Below the pieces are notes generated by a model. That model saw only the letters and a list, made by a program, of their open reading frames with translations, had not been told where the DNA came from and ran no database searches. The translations under genes and the position numbers were made by a program. Below are positions 47,250-56,108 of a DNA stretch of 64,000 bases, one piece after another. Within the stretch, counting starts at the first letter, position 1; the number at the start of each line of letters is the position of its first letter. Location of the stretch: assembly GCA_965219955.1 (NCBI GenBank), contig OZ244799.1, forward strand, positions 128,001 through 192,000, read 5' to 3'. This DNA is from a bacterium (GTDB taxonomy: Bacteria > UBA8248).

Positions 47250-48182
47250 ATGAGCAAGCCCTTCTACATCCTCTCGCTCGACGGCGGGGGATCGCTCGGG
47301 GTCTACACGTTAGGCGTGCTGGCCGGGATCGAGCGCGCCCTGGGACGCCCCCTGCACGAGGCCTTCGACCTCGCCTACGGCGTCAGCACGGGCTCCATCA
47401 TCGCCACGATGATTGCGCTGGGCGATGAGGTCGAGCCGACGATTGCGGATCGCTATTTCGAACTCGCGCCCGACGTGCTGGGGCCTTTGCTCGCGCGCAA
47501 CAAGACGAACGCGCTCGAGCGGCACTCGGAGAGAATCTATGGCGACAGGACCTTTGAGGATTTCAAGCTGGACGTCGGAATCCTCGTCACCCATGAAGAG
47601 TACGACCGCCCCATGGTGTTCAAGCGCACCATCAATCCATCTGGAGGCTGCCCCGATTGTTTTCTCTCCGGTGAGGGCCTGAAAATATCGGATGCGATCA
47701 TGGCGTCTTGCGCCGCGCATCCGTTCCTGAAGCAAAAGCGCATCGCCGCGCCCCGTATCGAGGAGCGCACGGCGCTCGACGGAGGTTTTACGGCGAACAA
47801 CCCGGCCCTTTTCGCCATCGCCGATGCCACCGGCCCGCTCGGAATCCCTCCCGAGAACATCCGCATCCTGAGCGTCGGGACGGGCAGTTATCCCGAATCG
47901 CGAAAATGGACGCGGCGGATCATCGCAGGCATCCGGCCGCTCAAGACCTACATGACGCTCTCGAGAACGAGTTCGAACACCGTCGATACGCTGCGGGAGC
48001 TGTTCTTCCCGGACGTCCGGACCGTGAGGATCAACGACTCTTTCACCGAGCGCGCCTATGAGACGGATTTCATGGAGCACGACCCGCGCAAGCTCCGGGC
48101 CATATTCGGGCTCGGGCGCAAATCCTTCGAGAAAGCGGAGGCCGAGGTACGGGAGTTTTTTGGGGATGCGCGCTCTGAGTAG
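47250..48182 (+). CDS. Patatin-like phospholipase, CBASS CapE-like
   Basis: LSLDGGG, GVSTG (nucleophile Ser) and DGGFTANNP motifs; full-length resemblance to CapE as recalled. Confidence 0.85.
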   Translation: MSKPFYILSLDGGGSLGVYTLGVLAGIERALGRPLHEAFDLAYGVSTGSIIATMIALGDEVEPTIADRYFELAPDVLGPLLARNKTNALERHSERIYGDRTFEDFKLDVGILVTHEEYDRPMVFKRTINPSGGCPDCFLSGEGLKISDAIMASCAAHPFLKQKRIAAPRIEERTALDGGFTANNPALFAIADATGPLGIPPENIRILSVGTGSYPESRKWTRRIIAGIRPLKTYMTLSRTSSNTVDTLRELFFPDVRTVRINDSFTERAYETDFMEHDPRKLRAIFGLGRKSFEKAEAEVREFFGDARSE

Positions 48183-48199
48183 TGTGAGGTTTTGACTTT

Positions 48200-48620
48200 G
48201 TAGGGGAGGACCTGCGTGTCCTCCCTTTTTGTTTGCCGTTCTGTTCGGATTGTATCCATTGTGGCGGGCGGACAGGCAGTCAGACATATATGTCTGACCC
48301 CTACGAAAACCGCAAACCCTGCCCCGTCATTCCGGCGAAAGCCGGAATCCATTTTGATTTTTACCGGGCGGGGTGGCCACGACCTTGTTGTCGCGCGGCG
48401 TCCGAATGCGGAACCCAGAGAATTCGCCTTTCGTTTTTATGTTCGATTCCGATCCTCCCCGCCCGGGCGTAAAGACGGACGAACGAGGAGGCGAAAAGGC
48501 AAAGGCGAAAATGGATTCCGGCTTTCGCCGGAATGACGGCCAAAACCCGAAACCGGGCGGAGGCGCAGGCGTCACTTTTTTCTTGAAGGGGTTTCTCAAC
48601 AACCCCCCTCAAGGGAGGAG
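48200..48620. repeat. REP-like cluster with an unpaired MITE-type end
   Basis: GTAGGGG...CCCCTAC pair (48200-48304); perfect inverted pair CGTCATTCCGGCGAAAGCCGGAATCCA (48325-48351 and 48512-48538); TTTCTCAACAACCCC near 48600. Confidence 0.75.
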
Positions 48621-48745
48621 TTGATTTTGAGGCTCATCACAAGGGGGGTATTTGTTGCAACTCATCCCCGACGGAGAAAGAGCCGCCGACTAAAAGAAAA
48701 GCCCCCCCTTCCATCGCGCCTGGTTTGGGGTAGAATACGCCCGCT

Positions 48746-51700
48746 ATGGACAGACACTCCTTTCATCCTTTGATCGCGCGCTGGTTCGGTGAGAAATTCG
48801 GTGAGCCGAGCGCTCCCCAGGATGCGGGCTGGCCCGAAATCGCCACCGGGCGCGACACGCTCATCGCAGCGCCCACGGGCACGGGCAAGACGCTGGCCGC
48901 CTTCCTGTGGTCGCTCGACGGCCTGATCCGCGACGCACTCGCGGGCGAACTCGATGATGAGTGCCGCCTCGTCTACATCTCTCCGCTCAAGGCGCTCGGC
49001 AACGACATCCAGAAGAACCTGCAGGAGCCTTTGAGCGAGATGCGCGCGCTCGCGAAAAAAGAGGGCGTGGAGTTGCCTGAGATCCGCGTGGCGGTGCGCT
49101 CCGGCGATACGCCCGCGCGCGAGCGCAGGCTCATGCTCAAAAAACGCCCCCACATCCTCATCACCACGCCGGAGTCGCTCTACATCCTCCTGACGGCCGA
49201 GCGCAGCCGAAAAGTATTGGAAACCGCGCGCGCCGTCATCGTGGACGAGATACACGCGGTCGCGGGGGACAAGCGCGGCGCGCACCTGGCGATATCTCTC
49301 GAGCGGCTCGACGCCCTTTGCGATAGGCGGCTCCAGCGCATCGGCCTCAGCGCCACGCAGAAGCCGATCGGGGAGATCGCGCGCCTGCTCATCGGTGCGG
49401 AAAGGCGAGGGGAGGACGGCGCTCCCGATTGCGCTGTCGTGGACGTGGGCCACAAGCGCGAGATGTCGCTCACGGTCGAGGTGGCCGATCAGGATATCGG
49501 CCCCATCGCCTCGCACGAGTACTGGGCCGAAGTGTTCGACCGCATCGCCGCCCACATCGAGGCCCACCGCACGACCATCGTGTTCGTCCACACGAGGCGG
49601 CTGGCGGAGCGCGTCTCCCACCGGCTCACGGAGAGGCTCGGCGAGGGGCGCGTGGCCGCGCACCACGGCTCCCTGTCGCGCAAGATCAGGCTCGACGCCG
49701 AAGAGCGGCTGAAATCGGGCGCGCTTTCCGCCATCGTCGCCACGGCGTCGCTGGAGCTCGGCATCGACATCGGCCACGTCGATCTCGTCTGCCACCTGGG
49801 CGCACCGAGAACCCTCGCCTCGCTGCTCCAGCGCGTGGGGCGCTCGGGCCACTGGAAGGGCGCAATCCCTAAGGGAATCGTCTTTCCCATGACGAGGGAC
49901 GAACTGCTGCAGAGCGCCGCCGCGATCCGCTCGGTACGTGGAGGCGCGCTCGACCGCGTCATTTTCCCCGAAGCGCCGCTCGACATCCTCGCCCAGCAGA
50001 TGGTGGCCGAGGCCGCGGCGCAAGAGGAGATAGGAGAGGAGGCGCTCTGGTCGCTCATCAGGCGCGCGCAGCCATACGGGGCGCTTGAAAGAGATGTTTT
50101 CGAGGACGTGCTCGAGATGCTGTCCGAGGGCATTTCCACCAGCCGGGGCAGGCGCACCGCCTATCTGCACAGGGACCGCGTGAACGCCCTCTTGAGGCCG
50201 AGGCGCGGTGCTCGGCTTTGCGCCATCACGTCGGGCGGCGCGATTCCCGACACGGCGGATTACGACGTGGTGGAGGGTGCTGCGGAGACCTTTGTGGGCA
50301 AGGTGAACGAGGATTTCGCCATCGAGTCGAACGCGGGCGACATTTTCCTGCTCGGCAACCACTCCTGGCGCGTCAAGCGCGTGGAGCGCGACAAGGTGCG
50401 CGTGGAGGACGCCGAGGGGCTTCCGCCGAACATCCCCTTCTGGCTGGGCGAGGCGCCCTCGCGCACGGCGGAACTCTCGGAGGCCGTCTCCGCGCTGCGG
50501 ACCGAACTGGCGGGGCGTCTCGATGCGCCTGCCGAGGCGATGCGCTGGATGCGCGCGGAATGCGGGCTTTGCGCACAGGGAGCGTCGCAGATTCTCGACT
50601 ACGTCCGCGAGACCGTTCGCGTGCTGGGGCGCGTCCCCACGCAGGAAGAGGTAATCGCGGAGCGGTTCTTCGACGAGGCGGGCGGGATGCAGCTCGTCAT
50701 CCACTCGCCCTTCGGGGGCCGCATCAACCGTGCGTGGGGCCATACGCTGAGAAAACGCTTTTGCCTCACGTTCGATTTCGAGCTCCAGGCCGCCGCGACG
50801 GACGACGGCATCGTGCTTTCGCTCTCCTCGCAGCACAGCTTCCCGCTCGAATCGATTTTCGGCTTCGCGCGCCTGGCGTCTCTCAAAAAGGACATGCTCC
50901 AGTCCGCGCTCCAGTCGCCCATGTTCACCAACCGCTGGCGCTGGAACGCCACGCGCGCATTAGCACTCCCCAGGCACAGCGGGGGCAAGAAGGTGCCGGT
51001 CGCGATCCAGCGTATGCGGGCGGAAGACTTGCTCGCCGCCGTATTCCCGGCCCAGCTTGCGTGCCAGGACAACCACCACGGCCCCATCGAGCCGCCCGAC
51101 CACCCCCTCGTGAACGAGACGGTGGAGAACTGCCTGACCGAAGCGATGGACATCGAGAGCTTGAGGTCGCTCATCGCGGACGTGGAGAGCGGGAAGATCA
51201 AGACCTATGGCGTGGAGACGCCCGCGCCCTCGCCGATGTCGCACGAGATACTGAACGCGAACCCCTACGCCTTCATCGACGACGCCCCGCTGGAGGAGCG
51301 CCGCTCGCGCGCGGTGCCGCTGAGGCGCGCCCTGCCCGATGACGCCGAGGGCGCCCGGCTCGACCCGGACGTCATCGAGGAGGTGTGCGAGCAGGCCCGG
51401 CCGGCCCCGCGCGACGCGGACGAACTGCACGACGCGCTGCTCTCCCTGTGTATTTTGCCGGTGGAAGAAGCGGGCGAATGGTCCGCCTGGGTGGATGAAC
51501 TCCTTGATCAGAACCGCGTGGCGAAAGCGGTTTGGAAGGCGGGCGGCGTCGAACGGGAGGGCTGGGTTCCTGCGGAGAGAATGGCGCTCATGCGCGCGGC
51601 GATTCCGGGAATCAGGCTTCATCCCGAGACGATCCCCTTCCAGGGGGATGAGGCGGAGCTGCCCGCGCAGGATGAGGCGGCCCTCGCTGTAGTCAGAGGC

Positions 51701-53068
51701 TGGATGGAGGCGTCAGGCCCCGTAACGGCGGGTGAACTCGTCTCGCGCGTCGGCCTCGCGCGGTCGGACGTGGAGATCGCCCTGGCCGCCCTGGAGGGAG
51801 AAGGAGCGGTTCTGCGGGGCCGCTTCGTCAATCTCACGCCGGAGGCCGAAACCGAGTGGTGCGACCGCGTGCTTCTCGCCCGCATCCACCGCATGACGCT
51901 CGGCAAGCTGAGGCGCGAGATAGAGCCCGTGACGGCGGCGGAATTCGTCCGCTATCTGCTCAGGTGGCAGCACGTGCACGAGGACGCCATGCTCCACGGG
52001 CGCGACGGCGTGTTGGAGGTCATCCGCCAGCTTCAGGGGCTGGAACTGCCCGCGCCCGCCTGGGAGGAGCAGATTCTTCCCGCGCGAATCAAGAACTACG
52101 ACCCTGATGACCTGGAGGCGCTTTGCCTCTCGGGCCTGGTCGCCTGGGGACGCCTGCGCCCCGGCGCTCCGCCCGAGCCGTTTGATATTTCGGAGAATGG
52201 TAGCCGATCCAGAGGAACCCAGAAGGCGCAGCCCACGCGGCGGGCGCTCCTGGCCTTTTTGATGAGGGAAGACCTGGGGCTGTTCCTGAAACCACGCGAA
52301 GCCGAAGATGCCTGGCGGGGGAATCTCTCCCGCGCGGCGTGCGAGATACTCGACTTTTTGAAGGAGAGGGGCGCGTCTTTCCTCGCGGACATCACGGCGG
52401 CGACGGGCAGGCTGCGCACCGAGGCCGAGGAGGCGCTCTGGGAACTCGTCGCGCGCGGTCTGGTGACGGGCGACGGCGTGGCGGGACTCCGGGCCTTGAT
52501 AGCGGGTGCGAACGAGAAGAAAAAGGGCGAGCGCAGGCTGCGCGCCCTGCCGGGCGGACGGGCCATATCGCGCGAGGCGAAAAAGCGCTTCATGCCCGTG
52601 GGGCGCTGGTCGCTCTGGGGGAGTGCGGAAGACGCGCTCGACGCGGAAGCCGGCCGCGAGGCCCATGCGCGGCAGTTGCTGAAACGCTACGGCGTCGTGC
52701 TCCGCGAGCTGGCCGTTCGCGAGAGCGGCGCTCCGCGCTGGCGCGAACTGGTGCGGGAATTCAGGCGCCTGGAGGCCAGGGGCGAGATTCGCGGCGGGCG
52801 CTTCGTATCCGGCTTCATGGGCGAGCAGTTCGCCCTGCCCGAAGCGGTGGAGGCGCTGCGCGCCGTGCGGCGGATTCCGGCGCGGGGCAAGCCCACCATC
52901 GTCCATGCGAGCGACCCGATGAATCTGATGGGTATCGTCGTCCCGGGAGCAAAAATTTCGACAAGGTCCCGCGAGGTCATCCTCTACCGCGACGGACTCG
53001 CGGTCGACAGCGGCCCCCTCGGCGAGGTGCGAAGCCGGATGCGGAACGAATCGCTTGGTGGAGGGTAG
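48746..53068 (+). CDS. lhr: Lhr-family ATP-dependent helicase (long form)
   Basis: APTGTGKT, ISPLKAL, ITTPESL, VDEIH, GLSAT, HHGSLS, SLELGIDIG and QRVGRSGH motifs; C-terminal RGGRFVSGFMGEQFA domain. Confidence 0.92.
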   Translation: MDRHSFHPLIARWFGEKFGEPSAPQDAGWPEIATGRDTLIAAPTGTGKTLAAFLWSLDGLIRDALAGELDDECRLVYISPLKALGNDIQKNLQEPLSEMRALAKKEGVELPEIRVAVRSGDTPARERRLMLKKRPHILITTPESLYILLTAERSRKVLETARAVIVDEIHAVAGDKRGAHLAISLERLDALCDRRLQRIGLSATQKPIGEIARLLIGAERRGEDGAPDCAVVDVGHKREMSLTVEVADQDIGPIASHEYWAEVFDRIAAHIEAHRTTIVFVHTRRLAERVSHRLTERLGEGRVAAHHGSLSRKIRLDAEERLKSGALSAIVATASLELGIDIGHVDLVCHLGAPRTLASLLQRVGRSGHWKGAIPKGIVFPMTRDELLQSAAAIRSVRGGALDRVIFPEAPLDILAQQMVAEAAAQEEIGEEALWSLIRRAQPYGALERDVFEDVLEMLSEGISTSRGRRTAYLHRDRVNALLRPRRGARLCAITSGGAIPDTADYDVVEGAAETFVGKVNEDFAIESNAGDIFLLGNHSWRVKRVERDKVRVEDAEGLPPNIPFWLGEAPSRTAELSEAVSALRTELAGRLDAPAEAMRWMRAECGLCAQGASQILDYVRETVRVLGRVPTQEEVIAERFFDEAGGMQLVIHSPFGGRINRAWGHTLRKRFCLTFDFELQAAATDDGIVLSLSSQHSFPLESIFGFARLASLKKDMLQSALQSPMFTNRWRWNATRALALPRHSGGKKVPVAIQRMRAEDLLAAVFPAQLACQDNHHGPIEPPDHPLVNETVENCLTEAMDIESLRSLIADVESGKIKTYGVETPAPSPMSHEILNANPYAFIDDAPLEERRSRAVPLRRALPDDAEGARLDPDVIEEVCEQARPAPRDADELHDALLSLCILPVEEAGEWSAWVDELLDQNRVAKAVWKAGGVEREGWVPAERMALMRAAIPGIRLHPETIPFQGDEAELPAQDEAALAVVRGWMEASGPVTAGELVSRVGLARSDVEIALAALEGEGAVLRGRFVNLTPEAETEWCDRVLLARIHRMTLGKLRREIEPVTAAEFVRYLLRWQHVHEDAMLHGRDGVLEVIRQLQGLELPAPAWEEQILPARIKNYDPDDLEALCLSGLVAWGRLRPGAPPEPFDISENGSRSRGTQKAQPTRRALLAFLMREDLGLFLKPREAEDAWRGNLSRAACEILDFLKERGASFLADITAATGRLRTEAEEALWELVARGLVTGDGVAGLRALIAGANEKKKGERRLRALPGGRAISREAKKRFMPVGRWSLWGSAEDALDAEAGREAHARQLLKRYGVVLRELAVRESGAPRWRELVREFRRLEARGEIRGGRFVSGFMGEQFALPEAVEALRAVRRIPARGKPTIVHASDPMNLMGIVVPGAKISTRSREVILYRDGLAVDSGPLGEVRSRMRNESLGGG

Positions 53069-53143
53069 GTAGGGGAACTGTGGTTTGCACCTGCGGTTTG
53101 GACTCCTTTCGAAATTACCTGCTTTCTTTTGTTTCCCGGTTTT

Positions 53144-53298
53144 AATTCACTCCCCCCTTGAGGGGGAGTCGAAGAGGCCGAGCCCTTGGGCGAAGGCCGA
53201 TTCGGTGGGGGGAGTTTTTCTGTGGCATGTCCCCCCACCGACTCGCTTGCGGGCTTCGCCCTTACCTCGTCGACTCCCCCTCAAGGGGGGAGTGAATT
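53144..53298. repeat. Long inverted repeat (REP/RIME-like)
   Basis: Perfect 29-bp arms AATTCACTCCCCCCTTGAGGGGGAGTCGA / TCGACTCCCCCTCAAGGGGGGAGTGAATT. Confidence 0.85.
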
Positions 53299-53328
53299 CT
53301 CCTCTCTTCTCGCTCGGGTTTGTCTCAC

Positions 53329-53369
53329 AAAAGAAAACCCCGGCGATTCCGCCGGGGCTTCTCTTTTTC
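53329..53369. terminator. Probable bidirectional intrinsic terminator
   Basis: CCCCGGCG-ATTC-CGCCGGGG stem with an A-rich left flank and T-rich right flank, between convergent lhr and cytochrome genes. Confidence 0.75.
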
Positions 53370-53381
53370 TCTTGAGCGCCG

Positions 53382-53918
53382 CTATCTTTTCTTCTTCTTC
53401 CGGAACGACTTGTGGCATGCGCCGCATTGCCTGCCGATGAGGCCCACCGCTTTCTTGATGGCCGCAGGCCCCCGCTTGTAGTGGATCTGCGCCAGGGCGG
53501 CGGCGTTCGCGGCCAGACCGTCCGCGATGATATCGAACTTCCCCTTCTCCTTCCAGATGGCGGCGACCGAGGTCGTCTTGCCCGCCAGGGTGTTCTTCTT
53601 GAACGCGCCCTTGATCTTGCTCGCCTTCTTGTACATGTCGCCCGCGGCCTGGCGCACCTGCTCCTCGACCACCCAGCCGCTGCCTTGTTTTATCGCGGTT
53701 CGAAGCCGCTTCATATCGGCGCCGATGCCGCGCATGAGCTTCCTGCGCGCCTTCACCGCCGCCTCATCGCCCTTCATCATCTTTTTCTCGCCCGTCATCT
53801 TCTTGTCCTTCATGGCCATCTTTTTCTTGTCCATCATCCCCTCGCCCGCGCAGCCCGCGGCGAGCGCGCCGGCCATCATCAGGACAGCCAGGCTAATGAA
53901 TACGTCTCGTTTTTTCAT
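53382..53918 (-). CDS. Cytochrome c' (class II) lipoprotein
   Basis: Lipobox-like LAAGC, RRKLMRGI, AAIWKEKGKF and C-terminal CGACH heme motif. Confidence 0.85.
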   Translation of the reverse strand: MKKRDVFISLAVLMMAGALAAGCAGEGMMDKKKMAMKDKKMTGEKKMMKGDEAAVKARRKLMRGIGADMKRLRTAIKQGSGWVVEEQVRQAAGDMYKKASKIKGAFKKNTLAGKTTSVAAIWKEKGKFDIIADGLAANAAALAQIHYKRGPAAIKKAVGLIGRQCGACHKSFRKKKKR

Positions 53919-54047
53919 GACCGGATTTCCCCCACGATATCAGAAACGAAAAAGACAAACAGGCGGACCTGTATGAAACCCTCTTGCGCGTAATAACCAA
54001 CCATGGGCGGTGGTCTGCTCGACTCATTGTGTATGGCTTCATACTAG

Positions 54048-55662
54048 CAGCCTGTCGGGCTTTGGCCTGCCAAGGAGTTCGAAGCACCAATCGTGGGAGT
54101 GATTTTCGGGGTTCTTCTCGGTAATCGATTCTTGTTGGCCGGCGATTCGGTGTCAGGAGCCATGATCGGCCCTCACAGGCCCGGTGGGAGTCATAGCGGC
54201 CGGCAACAGGCCACGGGACGAGGGCGTTTATCCTCCGATCACGCCGACTTCAGGTTGTGCAGACGCTTGCAGTTATAAGCCAGCATCACCAGGACCCACT
54301 CGCCCTGCACCTTCTCGAGACCGCGCAAGAGGAACTGCCGGAAGCCCATCGCCTGCTTGACGATGCCGAACACCGGCTCCACCGTCTGCCGCCGCAGGCG
54401 ATAACGGGCGCGCTCTTCCGGCTTCGCCATCTTCGCGCGCATCGCCGCAATCCACTCCGCTCGAACTTCCGGACCTGGCCGGGAAGCCACCGGTGGCCGG
54501 AAGTCGTGCCGACGGCGCCCCCCTTCGGCTTGCGTGGCCACCAGAACCTCGACGCCCCGTCTCTCGAGTTCTTCCACTTCGCTGCCCGTCGCGTAGCCGC
54601 TGTCCGCCAACACACGCGCCGGCGCGGCAACCGAAGGCGGAATCGCCTCCACGTCCGCCACCAGTTCCCCGCGGTCGCTCGCGTTGTTGCTCACACGCGC
54701 TCCCAGCACCAACTGGCTGCCTTCGGCATCCACCACCGCCTGCGCGTTGTACGCCTGGCGATACTCGTGACGCTTGCTCTTGCGCATCAAGGCGCTGTCC
54801 CCATCCGTCAGGTTGATCTGCCGCCCCTCTTCGGGCTTCTCCCGAGGGGGCTTGATGCGCGGACCCTTCCTCCGACCTGAACGGCGCTCCCGAGACGCCG
54901 CCTTGCGTTCATATTCCGCCCGACCCGCCTCGGCCGACCTCTTCGCGCGGCGCTCCAGTTCCGCGCACGCCGCATCCAGCTTCGACTTCAACTCCTCGCG
55001 ACGCGCCAACTCCTCCGGCAGCGCCTGCGGATCCCCTACCTCCTGCGCATCTTCGCTCTCCGCACGCTCCAGCAACTCCTCGACCTCTCCGCGCAATTGA
55101 GAGCCCAACGCCTGCGCACGGTCATACCGGACGTTGTTGTGCTTGCTCGCGTTCGCGTCCACCTTCGTCCCGTCCACGCTCACCGTCCCGACCCGCAACA
55201 ACTTCAACTCCTTCGCCAGCAGCAAAACCTGCTCGAACGTCTCCGCTATCGCCTCGAAGTTATCGCGACGGAACGCGCAGATCGTGTCGTGGTCCGGGTG
55301 TGTGTTCGACGCCACGTATCGAACCCCGATATCCCGGTACGTCGCGCGCTCGATCCGGCGCGAACCGAATATCCCGTTCGCGTAGCAGTAAATCAGCAGC
55401 GCCAGCATCATCCGGGGATGGTACTGCGCTGAACCCGTGCCGCGCTCGTTCACGCGGAATGACCCCAGAGGCACCCGTTCCACCGCCTCCACTACGAAGT
55501 GCGCCAGATCGTCCTCCGGCAACCACTCCCGCATGTCCACAGGAAGAAGATACAACTGCGACTGATTACAATCTACAAACTTCGCCACCCCAATCCCCTC
55601 CCTTAAAAATACCTCGCGAGAACGACATATTATAAAAGGTAGGGCCTAAGTCCGACAGGCTG
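54048..55662 (-). mobile_element. IS1182-family insertion sequence, 1615 bp
   Basis: Inverted ends CAGCCTGTCGGGCTTTGGCC / GGCCTAAGTCCGACAGGCTG (18/20 match); CTAG duplicated at 54044-54047 and 55663-55666. Confidence 0.92.
54239..55588 (-). CDS. IS1182-family DDE transposase
   Basis: YHPRMMLALLIYCY, SRRIE, PDHDTICAFR, VDGTKV, YNAQAVVD, LADSGY and VEPVFG motifs. Confidence 0.93.
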   Translation of the reverse strand: MAKFVDCNQSQLYLLPVDMREWLPEDDLAHFVVEAVERVPLGSFRVNERGTGSAQYHPRMMLALLIYCYANGIFGSRRIERATYRDIGVRYVASNTHPDHDTICAFRRDNFEAIAETFEQVLLLAKELKLLRVGTVSVDGTKVDANASKHNNVRYDRAQALGSQLRGEVEELLERAESEDAQEVGDPQALPEELARREELKSKLDAACAELERRAKRSAEAGRAEYERKAASRERRSGRRKGPRIKPPREKPEEGRQINLTDGDSALMRKSKRHEYRQAYNAQAVVDAEGSQLVLGARVSNNASDRGELVADVEAIPPSVAAPARVLADSGYATGSEVEELERRGVEVLVATQAEGGRRRHDFRPPVASRPGPEVRAEWIAAMRAKMAKPEERARYRLRRQTVEPVFGIVKQAMGFRQFLLRGLEKVQGEWVLVMLAYNCKRLHNLKSA

Positions 55663-55728
55663 CTAGCCCAAAAGAGACCCGGCGGCCAGTACCGGAAGAA
55701 GGGGAGGCCGACCGAGAATAAAGGGGTT

Positions 55729-56108
55729 TGTAGTAAGGACAACTCTTTTGGGTTGTCCTGCCCCGGTCCCCCGCGGTTGTTCCTTGCCAGGACAGGCACG
55801 GAGGCCTGTCCCTACGAAAACCCTGCGAACCGAACGAATGCGTAGGGACAACCCTCCGTGGTTGTCCTGGTTCAAGGCGGATCCGATCGGGACAGGTCGC
55901 GACCTGTCCCTACAAAACCGCTTAGGCGCGTTTAGTCTTTGCTCGTCATTCCGGCGAATGCCGGAATCCAGGCGGACGGAAATGGGAGATGAGCGGGTAT
56001 GCGGCGATCCGGTCCGTAAGGGGGGCGCTCCCAGTCCCCGGTTTCTCACATCGGTTCTGGATTCCGTCGAACCCTCATTTATCAATCGGCTCCGACACCG
56101 GAATGACG
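55729..56108. repeat. Cluster of GTAG-type and CGTCATTCCGG-type REP-like hairpins
   Basis: GGACAGGCACGGAGGCCTGTCCCTAC (also at about 25400), GTAGGGACAACC...GGTTGTCC, and CGTCATTCCGGCGAATGCCGGAATCCA...CCGGAATGACG. Confidence 0.78.

Noticed and set aside
48662-50836. 724-aa minus-strand ORF, and similar long antisense ORFs at 31439-33040, 40456-43718 and 44405-46066
   Set aside because: Each lies opposite a well-supported gene and has shadow-like composition.
46256-53068. Including the Lhr helicase in the HEPN/patatin defence module
   Set aside because: Lhr is separated by about 560 bp of repeats, has its own TAGAAT -10-like box and looks like the widespread DNA repair helicase.
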